This document shows, one piece after another, positions 1 to 13,130 of a DNA stretch of 64,000 nucleotides (the stretch's first letter is position 1; each line of letters opens with the position of its first letter). The stretch covers positions 73,472,001-73,536,000 of the forward strand of contig CM052817.1 of NCBI GenBank assembly GCA_028534125.1, written 5' to 3'. This DNA is from Lama glama (Eukaryota). Below the pieces are notes generated by a model that worked only from the letters and a program-made list of their open reading frames with translations, had not been told where the DNA came from and did no database searches. The position numbers and the translations under genes were made by a program.

Positions 1-1699
1 ACTTGAAATAATTTATTTCCCGTTTGACTTCTCACTGATTTATGTCTCTTCCATGGTACCTAATTGTATTACTTTATAATTACCTCCATGTATATTTTAT
101 TTTCTTGGTTGAGGTCAGGGACTGCATTTCCATATCTTTTTAGCCACTAACGTATTTACCCGCCAAAGTCGTATGGTAAGCACTCAAAAATTATTTTTGA
201 ATATATGAGTAAAAGATGTATGTGTTCTGTATTCATCCTGTTTTAAAAATATTTACTTTTTGAAATCTTTGTATTTACTCATGTATGTATATGTATGAGT
301 AGAAAATCTTCCTCAGTTTTAGCATGAACTGTGAATTTTCATAGAGGTTTCCATGAATTAACAGGCTAAAGTGATGGATCTTTTTTCCCTTTGTATACAT
401 GGAAAAAGTAATAGCTTATTGTTTTTATCCTAGAATATTAAATATAAATTTATTTGTTTATCTTTTCCACTAAAGTGTAGGCTCCTTGAGGATAGAGACT
501 TTCTTTGTATTCCCCAGTATTTTCAACAATTTGTGGCACATAGTATATGCTTCATAAATATTTATTAAATTTCTTACATTGACTAGTATTTGGCCAAACT
601 TTGATAAATACAGTACACATTTTACTATTTTCACGATACTTTATTTTAAACCATTTGAGTGTGTCAAGAAAAGCCTTCAGAGTTTTCAAACAATTTTTCT
701 CAGAAATGATAGTTGCAATATAAGGCCTATTAACTAAAATCTATATTTTAACAAAAATTAAGTAGTCTTTTCCTTGTTACTTTTTTTAAGTTAGTTTTTT
801 TCTTAGCTGTAGATTTTATTTGCTATTTATACATATTATACTGACAGTAATTTTATTCTCTCTTTGATAACAGCTTACAAGTTAAAAAAAATCAGTTGGT
901 GGCAATGGTTAATAAAATTTACTGTCATCATATTCTAAAGCTAAAATGGCCCCTAGATATTCATTTAATCACTAGAGGTGATGAAAAATGATTTCCAGAA
1001 AGTTAGAGTGGTTCACATATTTTGGATAATTAATAAAACTTTTTTCAAACAAAAATACAGAAAGAAGTTTTTTTTTGCATTCTGAAAATAAACAAATGTT
1101 TGCATTTTCAAATATAACTCAAATAAATACTCAGTATAAAAACATATTTTCGGGGAAAATTTTTAGCAAGATAAACAGTTCTAAATTACTTTAATGTTGG
1201 TATTTTCTTTTGACTTTACAGAAAGGGAATCCTGTTTTCTAACCTCTTATCCATCCACCCCCCAAAAAAGAAACAAACTAACAATGCTCAAAGAGATAAA
1301 TCCAGCCTTTGTTCCACCAGATTCTTTCAACCTGGCACTGGCACTACCACTGGCTTGGTCTGATTATAGTTAATCCACTGCCTACAACATGACAAATGTT
1401 TTTGGTCCAAGTTGAATGGCAAAGTCTTTTCAAACAGGAAAAGCAGTGGTCAGCTGTCGTTGTTGTGGTACCAACATGTATCATGTCAGGATAGCCCAAC
1501 AAAGAAGAGGATGATTCAGAATGCTGACCCCAGTACCCTGAACCTTATTGACTCTGGTGGGTTTTCTGGAAGGCTTGTTAATAGTGCTAGAAAAGAAAAA
1601 ATCAGAGCATAAAACCCATATTATGTTTGGTCTCTTTGATGAAAATTTACCAACTAACTTACATCAAGTGGTGTTACAAAACTGTGAACTGCAACTTCT

Positions 1700-1793
1700 A
1701 ATGACATGTTTCTCTTCTCCTTAAAAATCTCAGTTTGTGAAGATTTGTAAATGACATGTTTCTCTTCTTAAAAATCTCAATTTTGAAGGTTTT
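1700..1793 (+). repeat. Tandem duplication, period about 50 bp
   Basis: AATGACATGTTTCTCTTCT...TAAAAATCTCA at 1700 and 1750. Confidence 0.9.
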
Positions 1794-3789
1794 CATAGAG
1801 TAAAAATATTTTCTAGTATTTTAAGCTTGTCAAATAGAAATGATTTCAATTACAGTTCTTGAATTCTATAAGTGCTTTTTCTCTTGAAGTACTCATTCAA
1901 AAAGATAAACTTTAAATTCACTACAACACTAGGTCTGCTTTCTTTATGGGAGGCATTGGCCTCTTTTCCCTTTGGGGAGACTGGTGTATGATGTTGCTTT
2001 TGTAATACAGCACTACATACAGACTGTTGGACACGTTTAGAGATGTGTGCTCTATGTGGCCTCCAGTGATCCTTCTAGGGACAGTAGAGCCCACAGTTCT
2101 GCAGAGCTACCCTGAGTAGAACAGAATAAACACTCATGTCAACTGTATTTTAGATATCCCTCTTCAGATTTGGAGTATCGTATTTTTAAAGCACTTTCTT
2201 TTTTCCCCATTTTTTTGGGATGGGTTCCTAATGTTTTTCTTTTTTTTTCCTTTTAAAAAATGGCCAATTTTTTATACTTTACTAAGTTTATCTGAGAAGT
2301 TAAAATACACCATGATACTTTCTTTATTAGTAAAGCATGTTATGATACAATAGGTTTATGTTTTAATTTATCCTTGAAAAGAACTATATTTATCGTCTTT
2401 ATTTCACATCCCAGCTGTTAGGGAATTACTAAATCCATAGGGAGTTGCATGAGTTATGTTATTGGCATGAATTATTTAAGTTTAAAGAAACATAATCACC
2501 CCACAATATGATAGCCAGTGCTGGATAAATCCACATTCTTCAAGGAGTCAGGGTTCCAGAGGTCTGTGGGACTGGGATGTTTTCTTAGTTGAGTGCAGTT
2601 TTAAATTTATTTCTTCTCTTATAGGTGGAAACACATAATTCCTTAGCACTCTGTGTCATGACTATCAAGCTAAGCCATGTTACGAAGAGACTACTTAAAA
2701 GATGAAATAAACAAATAAATAGGCTTAGAAAATGTTAAATTAATGATAATTCATGGTTTATAATACATTTAGACCCCCTCCATTCTTTTCTACCTCTTTT
2801 TCTTCTTTCACAAACAGTATTTCTTGCCAAATAGTTCAGTTCTTTTAAGTGGGAGAAAGGGAAAGAGTTTCATTTTACCTTGCTGCTCAGGGATTTCCTG
2901 TTCCCTCAAGATGTCTTGAAATTTGGCTCCTGAGTCTTTGAAGTCCCAGAGTCTAGAATAAAAATGAGTATCCACAACCATGGTGTGGTTTTGCTACTTC
3001 AACCTACATGGTAAGACCACCCTCAATGAGCTGATACTTGGGCTGTCCGAATATTGTGTGGCCTTTATGGAATGCATTATGGAATGAATTTACTTACATA
3101 ATAATTCCCAGTGCTATCACCCTGAAGACCACAAATTATAGCAAGACTTAATGGTATAAAGTTCTGTTGGCTCTGAATGTTAGGTGCCTATCCAAAGGCT
3201 GTTTAATCCCTCAAGAACTCATCTTCACTTGCAGTACAAAAATCATGTAGAATATAAGAGAAACTGTTCCAAAGAGTGACTTAACATCTATTTTTTAGAG
3301 ACATTGTCATGTTCCAGGTACTTATCCTATGTAATCTTTTTGCTGTGTAATCTTATGTGCTTTTCATCACAGCCCTAGGAGTTGGTTTTTTTAAACTCTA
3401 TTTTATAGAGGATATTAATTCAGACTCAGAGTATGCATCTTGGCTGACGCCACATAATTAACTAGTTGTAAAACCTGGTCTTGAATCAAGGTCTCTTGAC
3501 TTCTAGTTTTTTGTTTTCCCTTTTTCTCCGTACTCCCTTTGTATCCCAGTTACTATGCTATATAGAATTCCTGTGCTGTTTTCTCTTCCAGCCATTGATT
3601 GGAAATTGGGTGACAGTATAATTTATTCTTCAAAGAAGGTCCCTTTTGAGAGTGAAAGGGGGTACTACTAAATATTCTAAGAAAACAGGCTCCTCTCAGA
3701 ATTATCCCAGGCAAATTAGAATGTATGCATGCCGTAATTATAAAAACAAACAAAACACCCTAGAGCAAGTATAGCTTATTATGAGTAGC

Positions 3790-4010
3790 AGCTCTCAAGA
3801 CAGAACTTAGTTCAAACCATGATTCTGCTATTTGTTAGCCAAATAATTTTTGTCAAAATATCTCACCACTATGCTTCAATTTCCTCATCTAGAAAATGGG
3901 AATAATACTGTTAGTACCTATTTTATAAGGTCATTGTCTGTTTTAAATGAGGTAATACATGTATAGCATTAAAACACAGTAAATACTTGGTGAATATTAT
4001 CTACTGTTAT
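3790..4010 (+). mobile_element. MIR SINE
   Basis: MIR core CTTCAATTTCCTCATCTAGAAAATGGGAATAATA. Confidence 0.75.
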
Positions 4011-7000
4011 ACACAGAGAAATTTGAGTGCCATCCAAACACTTGTCTGACAATAAATATAGCTTCATTTGTTCTTAGAATTAAAGCATTAGTTATTTGGA
4101 AGTATTACATGATAAGTTCTCAATAAATATTTATTAAATGAACGAATGAATATACTGTTCCAGAGGAATAAAATGCATTAGCATGCATTTGTGTTACAAA
4201 GGTAATCTGTATCTTAAAGAGACAAAAGCCTAGCGATGGGTAATAAGTTCTGACGACGGCAGTGGGAGGATGGGAGTTTGGGTGGGGAAAATGTGGTATG
4301 GAGCTTCTGGGAGGGCAGACTCAGCTGGGATGCGGGCATTCTAGACAAGATCTCTGGGTTAGTGAACCTTCTGGATTTTGGGTGGAAGGAAGGGGTAGAA
4401 ATGGCAGAAGCCCTCAGACAAATGTTATTTGCACAAAGATTTTATTGGCATGATATGCTCAGAAAAGAGAAATAGCTCTGGCATAACAGGAAAATTTAGC
4501 CCTTAAAATCAGATTATCTTTATTAATCTTGAGCAAGTCCCTTGGGCAAGCAGCCTCAGCTGCTCCACTGGAAAGCTAGGGGTAATAGTATTTATTTTAT
4601 ACGGCTGTTGGAAGGATGAGAATGAAGTATGTATGTGCTTGTGTGTATATAATGTTTGCTCACAGTAGAAATTCAACAAATAATAGCTTTATAATTCCTC
4701 AGGATCACAACGACTACCTGACGTAGAATTTTGAAGAATTTTGCAGTCAAGTACTTGAAAGCTCTTTGTGACTGTAAAGTGCTTGACAAAGATATGGCTT
4801 TGCTATGAATGCTGACATTGTCCCAGTTAGAAGCCCCGGCCCTTGGGTGTGCTGTTCTTAGGAAACAGTAGTGTTCCATATTCACATGAGCTGAGCAGAA
4901 AAGATTCAGAGTTGAGGTTGTGACTGATGTGTTTGCTAAGAGGGTACTGAGGTTAAACTTGAAAGCATTATTACTTTTTTTTTATTCCCTTTAAAAAAAT
5001 ATCCCTTTGAGTCCTGGAGTCATAAGATATGGGGCTTGAATCATTTTGAGCTTAGTAACAATTTTTGAAAAACCAGTTTGACTCCACATATTTGGCCACT
5101 TAATGCTGTCATGTCAGTGGCCTTTTAAGGTGAGAAAAGGATAATCTTCATGCATTTACATGCTCTTCAAGTATCTTATTTATATATGTATATTTTAAAC
5201 AAATTATTCATTAAACAGTTAATATATTCAAAAAATAGTCATTTCAACTGCATTTTGGATAAATCTTTAAGGGTTTTTCAGTAAATTGTTTTTATGGTTT
5301 TTTAAGAGTCCATTCTGATAGTCTGACTCAATCTTGTGAATATACCTAGAATTATGAACTTCAATTTTCTCAGATATAAAATGGAAATTATACTACATTG
5401 TTGATTGGGTTAACATGATAAGCATTATAAGATGGTTAGAAAAGTGCTTTATACCTATAAGCATGAAATATTATTATTATAATAACATTAATATTAAATG
5501 TTAAAATGATTAATAATTATGTCAAATCTTAATTTGCTATAAATAACCTTAGGAAATGATAAAATGTATTAAATTTACCATTTTGATACTATTTATCAAA
5601 TTCTACATTTTACATGTATTCTCTGTTCTATAATAGTCTTGCTAGATTCTTCTTTTTTCTTAGAGATGGACGAAGTCTCTACAGAGGTTGAGTTACATAT
5701 TTAACATCACACAAACAGGAAATGGTAAAATCAGGATACAAACATAAGCCTGTGTGACCCCAAAGCTTGTGCAGTTTCCACCATGTCATGTTGATTCCTA
5801 GTCTCTAAATCCCGTGAAGTCCCAATTGAAGATGTCCTCATTGACTACTTGTAAGCATGTTTTTTAAAACCTAATTCTTTCATTTCTTGAGCACCTTCCA
5901 TGTGCCAGGTGTGTACCAGACCCCAGCACTGTAGAAGTGAATATGACACTGGCTCTGTCTTTGAGAAATTCTGTGGGGAAGGTGGACTCCATGCATTTGT
6001 ATAAGATGGCATCTTCTAGGCTTTTCTTTTTAAGGAGACTGATATTATTGACTGAGATAAAAGTTTGGGGGCTACTTGTTTTCTCTGGGTGTGCTATGGA
6101 ATGTTCCACAAGTGCCTGCGAGGTAAATGTAGAAAAGACGCTACAATACAAATACTCAAATCACCATGTCGTTCCTCGTTGGAAGCATGATGTTCTCTTG
6201 GATTTAGTCGCTGCCCCAGTCTTTCCACGACCCCCTGCCTGTTCCAGCATGACTTCACAGGAGTGAAAACAAGAGGGGTATTTGTTATACTCATGATTTT
6301 GCTGTGGTATCTCTGAGTCACATCAATGAAACATGCTTTAGAACAGCAGGGCTCATGGATATGGTGAGGCTGCATGGGCGGATGCCAAGTCTGAGATATA
6401 ATATTTCTTTTTTTCCTCAATCTTCATGACCAACAAGTGATAAAATTTCTAGCAATTCTCTAAATGCCAGGCAGGGTTAATGTACAAATTATACCCCTGG
6501 TGACATCAGAATGCTGGTGCATTAGACACATTTCGTGCAGTAGTTTTATAATGCCACTTTCGAGGGAGACGCTTAGAAATGAAGCATCAACATCCTGGTA
6601 AGTGACCTAAGGGTAATTTAGTTATCCTGAGTACTCTTAAACACATTTTCCTAATGGAAATTTTTATTGTGATATGCATTAAACCACTTAGTACCGTTGT
6701 GATCATATTCCATTTGTCTGAGTGAAAATACAGCTGGCACTAAAAACAGGCCTAAAGCATAATTAGCCTAATGCCACAGTGGATGACATCAATATAGTAC
6801 TTAGGGAGAACTTGATACACTCACCATAAAGCTGGTGAATCTTCCCTTTCACAGACCTGAGTGGGTATGCCTATTTTCAATTTAAAAGAAAAAAAATCAT
6901 TCAAAACAGGGTTTGCAAAAGGAATTTTTATTCATTAGTAAAGATCCAGGATCACTTTCTGCACCAATTTGATGACCTTTTCGGTGAAGAATGCCATCAA

Positions 7001-7513
7001 CTTCTCCCCAGAGTGGCAGAAAGTCATCATTGTCTATTCTATGGGGAAATTAAATAGATTTTTTAAATGCTCCACTGAGGTCACAGGTTTACTTTTATGC
7101 TTATATAGTTCCAGAGCTTGCAGATGCTGGCACTTGTCTGTTTTTCAGACAAGTGATACAATCACCATAAGAACCCAAAGGAACACTTGTAAGTCATAAG
7201 CAACTGCGTTTCATAGTTCAGTTACTTTGAAATTCTGCCTAACGCCCTTCCATGTGTCCCCAAACTAAAGAGTCATGCAAGACTGATGTTTAAAAAAATG
7301 CCAACAACAACAACAAACCAGGCTACATGTCCAGTCAAGTCTAACTTCTTAAGTATTCATGAATTCCAAAAGCAAAATGTGAACAAAAGCAGTTTAAAAA
7401 TAGTTTTCTTGGTTGGCAGTAATTTCAGGAACAAGCTAGAGAACTGTTCGACTCTGGGAGTGTGTGTCAAAGTGAAAGCATTCAAACCGTCTGTGTTTCG
7501 AAGTTGGCGCACC

Positions 7514-7548
7514 ATGGCCTCTGCGCTGCCCCTAATTGTGTTGTATTT
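7514..7548 (+). other. Candidate coding part of an alternative first exon (MASALPLIVLY + 2 nt, phase 2)
   Basis: GCGCACCATGG strong Kozak context, donor TT|GTGAGT at 7548/7549, local CpG retention at 7448-7577 in a repeat-free segment. Confidence 0.35.
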
Positions 7549-9027
7549 GTGAGTCAAACCCTCATTTTGTCTCAGCGAGCCACACAATGGAAGTGCTTGT
7601 TCTCAGTCTCTTGTCACCCCACTGCTTCAGTTCCAGGCCACTATGCCCAAACTCTAACGGAGAGAAAGGAACCTACTTTAGGGTGCTCTGAAGGGTCAGC
7701 AGGATTGCAGGACTTGGAGTAAAGCACTGACTTAATTTTTGTCTCTTGGTGATTTTGAGAGTTTAAGTTGTTTGTATGTTGTTTCCCAGCCACAGGGGGA
7801 GGAACTACTTTCAGAAGTTATTTCTTTTGCCATGTGTGATATAGACTTTGGATTGAAAAAGTTCTGTTTAGAACAGAGCCTTTTATTCACCAGGGTCATA
7901 TTTTCAAGTGCAACAAGCATGAATTTCTCCTGCATTCCGTTTGTTGCCAAACCCTTTGCTTTGTCTAAGAAAGTAACAATTCTGAGAGATAAATCTGTGC
8001 ATTGGAAAGAAAGTTCAGATCTTTTTCACCAGAACAAAATAAAGAGAGGGAGAAAAAAATTGAGGGACATAGCAAAAAACTTCTCAGTTTATTGAGACTG
8101 CTCTATCCTTGCAGAAAGAATAAATGAACATCTGGGTGCTGGTAACCCTTTTCTCAAGGTAAAGAAAGACAGCCCTCGAGTTCTCATTTAGGGCATTTCA
8201 GATGCTGAGAAAGTGGTTAAAGAGCTTTTGGCCAAGGTTTTTATTGCTGCTCTGGGGCTGGTTTGGACGAACACTATGAATGCTGGACTCACAGTGGTGG
8301 CTTTGTCCATTGTCACTTATGTTGTCACCAACCTGAGACCTTATTAGGGGCTTCTCTCTGTTTTCAACCTTGAAATCGTGGCCATGGCCACTTCCCTGCT
8401 GTAAGGACAGCTTCTTCCAATGGGTCATCACTGACTCTGTAGTCAATCTCTCCTTGAGAGAACAAACCACTTCACTCCAAGTAGGAGGATGCTCGGCATG
8501 TTAAGGGTACACAGACATGCCCGTTAAAGGGCAGCCTCTTGTATTACAGGCGAAGATCATTCCTCAGTCATGAATTCCCTTTTTCAACTTCCTTTCTCCA
8601 GTGCACTCTCCCACTGGTTCTCTTCCAGCTAGTGATCTGACAAGTCTTCTTTTTCTTACAGCCAAGGCTAGAGTCCCCTCTCCCTGAGCTTCTCTGTTAA
8701 CTGGTCACTGAGAAAGTGGCCAGATCTTTAGAGGTCTGGCAAGGGGAATTCAGGTGTTCACTTAAGTAAAACAAAAACCATATCTGCCTCCAAAAAGCTT
8801 GTATGGCCATGGCTTCTGGTTCCCCATGACAGAACTTTCTCCCCTCTCCTGGGTTTTCCCGTGAGTCTCAAGTTCATTGACATCGTCTACCAATCCTCTC
8901 TTTCTTTGCCCAGAGCCTCCATTTGTGACTGTGTGCTTGCTACTGTTTGCATTTGCACCCCCCTTTTTTGCTAGCACATCAAAGCATATTTCTTTTAATA
9001 AAAAATTGACAGTATGTACATTATTTA

Positions 9028-9119
9028 CAAAAGAAAGAAAGAAAGAAAAGGAAAGGAAAGAAAAAAAGAAAGAAAGAAAGAAAAGAAAGAAAGGAAAGAA
9101 AGGAAGGAAAGGAAAGAAA
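9028..9119 (+). repeat. Polypurine (GAAA/GGAAA)n tract
   Basis: About 90 nt of A/G only. Confidence 0.95.
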
Positions 9120-9727
9120 TCCAAGTTAAAATTGTATGTGTGAGTGAGAGAGGGAGTAAAGCCGGTGGGTGGCCCTAGGGTAGACACGTAAAGACACAGG
9201 CACAAAACAGTTCCACGGGAGCTGAACCAGAGTTCAGCTCTGAGACTGAGAACCAGAGGAGGGAGTAAAGGGTAGGCAGCATGGAGTTGTCGGGAATCAA
9301 ATCCACAAGATGAGTTCAAATGGAAAATCTCTTAAGCAAAAATTATTTGCATACATGACGATAAAGAAAAGAGGCTGATTTTCCTCTAACCTCTTAGAAT
9401 CAGCCTCTTTGTTTTTCATGTTTCAAAAAGGGTTGAGAGGATTACTTATCAGAAATTAGTTGGCCGTTAAAATTCTCTCATCTGTGAAAAGGAAGAGATT
9501 CGAGCAAATGACCTCTTAGGGTCTTTCTAGCCCTCAAAATTGCCGTGCTCTGACTATGTTCTGTCTCCTTGTGGGAGAGGACAGATGGAGGCTCGGCTTC
9601 CATACGGCGCATCTTTTTGATTGATGGGTTGGACATCTGTTTGGGATCTCTGATCCCACTGCACCGCAATTCCCATACTCACCCTTTCAGCTGGTAGTGG
9701 CAGAAAGCCTCTTGTCTCTGGAAGAGC

Positions 9728-9900
9728 TTTTTTTTTTTTTTAATTGAAAAATACAGTTGACTTACAATATTGTGTCAGTTTCTGGTGTCCAGCATAGTAA
9801 TTCATATGCATTTTTTTCATTATAAGCTTTTACAAGATATTGAATATATATTCCCTGTGTTGTACAGTAAGACCTTGTTGTTTATCTATTTTATATATTG
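9728..9900 (-). mobile_element. Young L1 3' end fragment
   Basis: Poly(T) followed by the ACAGTTGACTTACAATATTGTGTCAGTTTCTGGTGT motif shared with other L1 3' UTR copies in the window. Confidence 0.85.
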
Positions 9901-10144
9901 GGAGAGCCTTTTATTCCTATTATTTCCAAGAATAATATAAGAGCTAGTTTCCTCCAGATTTCATTTCTGAGACTGGGATATCTATTTTGGGGTAGTGGAG
10001 AAAAAATATATATTCTTCTCAAGTACCTTTAAAGAACAGAGATTTAGTATCCAGTCATAGTATTAATTTATAAACTATAAATTTAAAAGGTGAGGCTATC
10101 TTTTGACTTATTTCATCAAGGGAGAAGCAAACCTTTTAAAAAAT

Positions 10145-10712
10145 TAACAGACTTTATTTTTTAGAGTAGTTTTGCATCTACAGAAAAATTGAGCAGATAG
10201 TACAGAGAATTCCCATATTACTCATCCTCCTTGTATTTCACATATTATTAACATCTTACAATAGTGTGGTGTATTTGTTATAAGTAATAAGAAATTATTA
10301 TTAATTATATTTATTAGTTATATTATTATTGGCTAAAATCCATAGAGATCACCTTAGTTTAACCTAACGCTCCTTTTCTATTTTAAGATCCCATCCAGGA
10401 GACCACATTACATATTGTCCTGTCTCCTAAGTCTCCTCACTGCAGTTTCTTCAGGCTTTCCTTGTTTTTGGTGACCTTAATAGTCTTGAGGAGTTCTGGT
10501 TAGGTGTGTTGTAGGATACCCTTCCATGGAAATTTGTCTGATGGTTTTCTCATGATAAGATTGGGTTCTGTGTATTTGAGAGGAAGATCACAGAATAAAG
10601 TGCTGTTCTCATTACATCATATTAAGGGTATTACTCTCAATATGACTTGTCACTGTTGATGTGAACCTTGGTTGCCTGGCTTGAAATAGTGTTTGTCAGA
10701 TTTCTCCACTGA
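10145..10712 (-). mobile_element. Ancient L1 (L1MC-like) 3' end
   Basis: ACTTTATTTTTTAGAGTAGTTTT...GATCCCATCCAGGA...GTTTGTCAGATTTCTCCACTG resembles the L1MC 3' UTR. Confidence 0.75.
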
Positions 10713-11807
10713 AACCAACTAGTTTGAAACCAGTGTTGACTATTTCTTCAAATAAACATTCTAGATTCTAGATTTGGAAATTAATTTGGAAAATAACCCG
10801 AGGAAAGGGCTTTTGGCATAATACAAAACAAATGACATAATCTGTTTTCCTTCTTCCATCTAAAGAGCACAGACCTAGATAGCCAAGCTTCTGACTTACT
10901 CAGACCACTCTCTCCATGGGAGGTAAGTTGTGTGTGTGTGTAGTTGACACACCAGAAGATAAAAAGGGAGGAAGCAAGAGATGATCTTTTCCTCTGGGAA
11001 GGGTTAACCCCTTGAAGAATTCACTGTCCTACTGATGGTGACTGTTGACTCAAATATTTCATTCTGGTCTGAGAGACATTTAAAGAAATGACCATGCCGG
11101 GGTACTTGTAGCATTTTGAAAGACCTTGCTCAGGGAAGGAGGGACAAAGCATGTCCTCATCCTTGTCTGCATCTTTCTAGCCTGACTCTACCCAGGTTGA
11201 TGGGGTTGGAAAGCCTTTCCTGTGGCTCATTATTTTTATTTAAAATTGAGTGAAAGAAGTATTATGAAGACTAATTCTGGGTGTGTAGTTAACTACATAT
11301 TTTACATAAAATATTACATATTTTAATATTTGTGAAAGTTAAGAAAGAAATCTCCTTGACAGAATACAGATGTGACCTTAGTAATTAGATTTACTTTGTA
11401 GCATTTGAATTCTAAATATCACATATTTGACTTCAGTAAAAGGAGTTTCCTTTAAATAAAACCCATTGCATAGATTAATGTGTATTTACATACTTTTTTG
11501 TGACATCCAAAATGATTTTCATAATGTTTATTTATGTATTTCTCCATACTTTTTTTTTCTCATTTTGTTAGTTAGTATGTACATTATCACTGCTCTGCAT
11601 ATGTATATACAATTTCCTTTTTCCTCCTCTAGCCCACATGTACAAACACCCTTTTCTTAGCCATTAGCATAGATGACAGGGTCAAAAATGTGATTTTCTT
11701 TACAGAATTGGGTACAAATTAGGCACCCAATAGAGATAGCTATTTTATTATTATTAAGAAAAATTATAAATACTATGAAGAATTCTATTACTTCCTTAAA
11801 ATTTCTT

Positions 11808-11864
11808 TACATTTCTTTCTTTCTTTTTCTTTCTTTCTTCCTTCCTTCCTTCCTTCCTTCCTTC

Positions 11865-11915
<51 letters not shown>

Positions 11916-12052
11916 AAATTGAAGTATAGTCAATTTACAATGTTGTGTTAGTTTCTGGTATACAGCATAGTAATTCAGTTATACATACATATATACTAAG
12001 TGAAATCATACAGAGAAGGACAAATACCACATGATACCACTTATATGTGGAA
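11808..12052 (-). mobile_element. Young L1 3' fragment with 5' inversion; tail expanded into (CTTT)n/(CCTT)n
   Basis: Antisense L1 end at about 11916-11993 joined to a sense L1 piece at about 11994-12052; 15-bp TSD TCCTTAAAATTTCTT at 11793-11807 / 12053-12067. Confidence 0.88.
11811..11915 (+). repeat. (CTTT)n/(CCTT)n microsatellite derived from the L1 tail
   Basis: Directly visible. Confidence 0.95.
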
Positions 12053-12439
12053 TCCTTAAAATTTCTTGTGTCCATCCTTTCTTTAGTGCTGCTACCTCAG
12101 TTCCCATCCTCATTTCCTCTGCTTTTCTTCTGTCTAGTAAGTACCTTGCAGCTGGAGTGAATTTTCTAAATGTTAAATTTAATTACGTTCTTTGTGTCCC
12201 CACTGTAACTTGACTATATCTGATTGCTGTCACTAGTTTTCCACCGTGCCTCCTCTGCAGGATTGGGAGATTTCTGAGGGTAGAGACAGTGTCTCATTCA
12301 CTTGGAATAACCCCCAATACATTGTAGACTCAATAACCATGGCCTGAAGGAATGAATGCGTGTAACTGTATTTGGAGGGCACCTGGTAGACATCCTCATG
12401 CATAGACTAAAATATTGGCATTTTTTTTTCCAGCCCATA

Positions 12440-12850
12440 TTTTATAAGCCTTTAAAAAATCTTTTATGGACATTTTCAAACATGGACCAAAGTAAGGAGA
12501 ATACTGTAATGAATCCCCATATATTCAATAGCTTCAAAATCATCATTTTGCTAATTTTGTTCCATCTGTCTCCCATCTTACATTTTTTGGTTTGATTTTG
12601 CTGGACTAGTTGAAAGAGAACACCAGACATCATGTCATTTTACTTGTAAATATTTCACTATGCCTCTACCTAGAAAGCCCTTTTTTAAATCATGTCATTA
12701 TCGCACCTCTTTAATATAACTTAATAACAAATATCTAATATTCATATTTTCATGATGGTCTCAAATCTGCCTTTTTTATGGTTGATTTGTTCAAATCAGA
12801 ACCCAAGTAGGGCATGTACATTCCATTTGGTTATAATGAGGCCTTATTTA
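12440..12850 (-). mobile_element. Ancient L1 (L1MC4/5-like) 3' end
   Basis: ATTTTCAAACAT...GATTTGTTCAAATCAGAACCCAAG...ACATTCCATTTGGTT motifs. Confidence 0.6.
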
Positions 12851-12999
12851 ATCTTCACGTATAGGGGAGTGTGATTTATGTCAAAGATGGGTAAATGATG
12901 ATCTGTATAAAAACCTCTTCACTTTTTCTCTCTTCTACCTAAACATTTAATAACATTAAGCCTAGAATTAGCCATTTACATGATTGAGCATTTTGGCTC

Positions 13000-13130
13000 A
13001 TGCGTTCATTCATTCAATACGTATTTACTGAGTTGCCTTCTCAGTGTTAAGCACTGTTCTAGGCACAGAGGTTTAACAGTTAAAAGAGCAACTGCAGTCC
13101 CTACCTCATGGAGCCCATATTCTAGGGGCT
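13000..13130 (-). mobile_element. L2 3' end
   Basis: TTCATTCATTCAATACGTATTTACTGAG...AGCACTGTTCTAGGCAC...CCCTACCTCATGGAGC. Confidence 0.75.

Noticed and set aside
7732..8470. Overlapping short ORFs on both strands
   Set aside because: Non-ATG starts, no recognisable domain, no consistent exon boundaries.
8762..9319. 185-aa ORF and the overlapping Lys-rich ORF
   Set aside because: Produced by the stop-free (GAAA)n tract.
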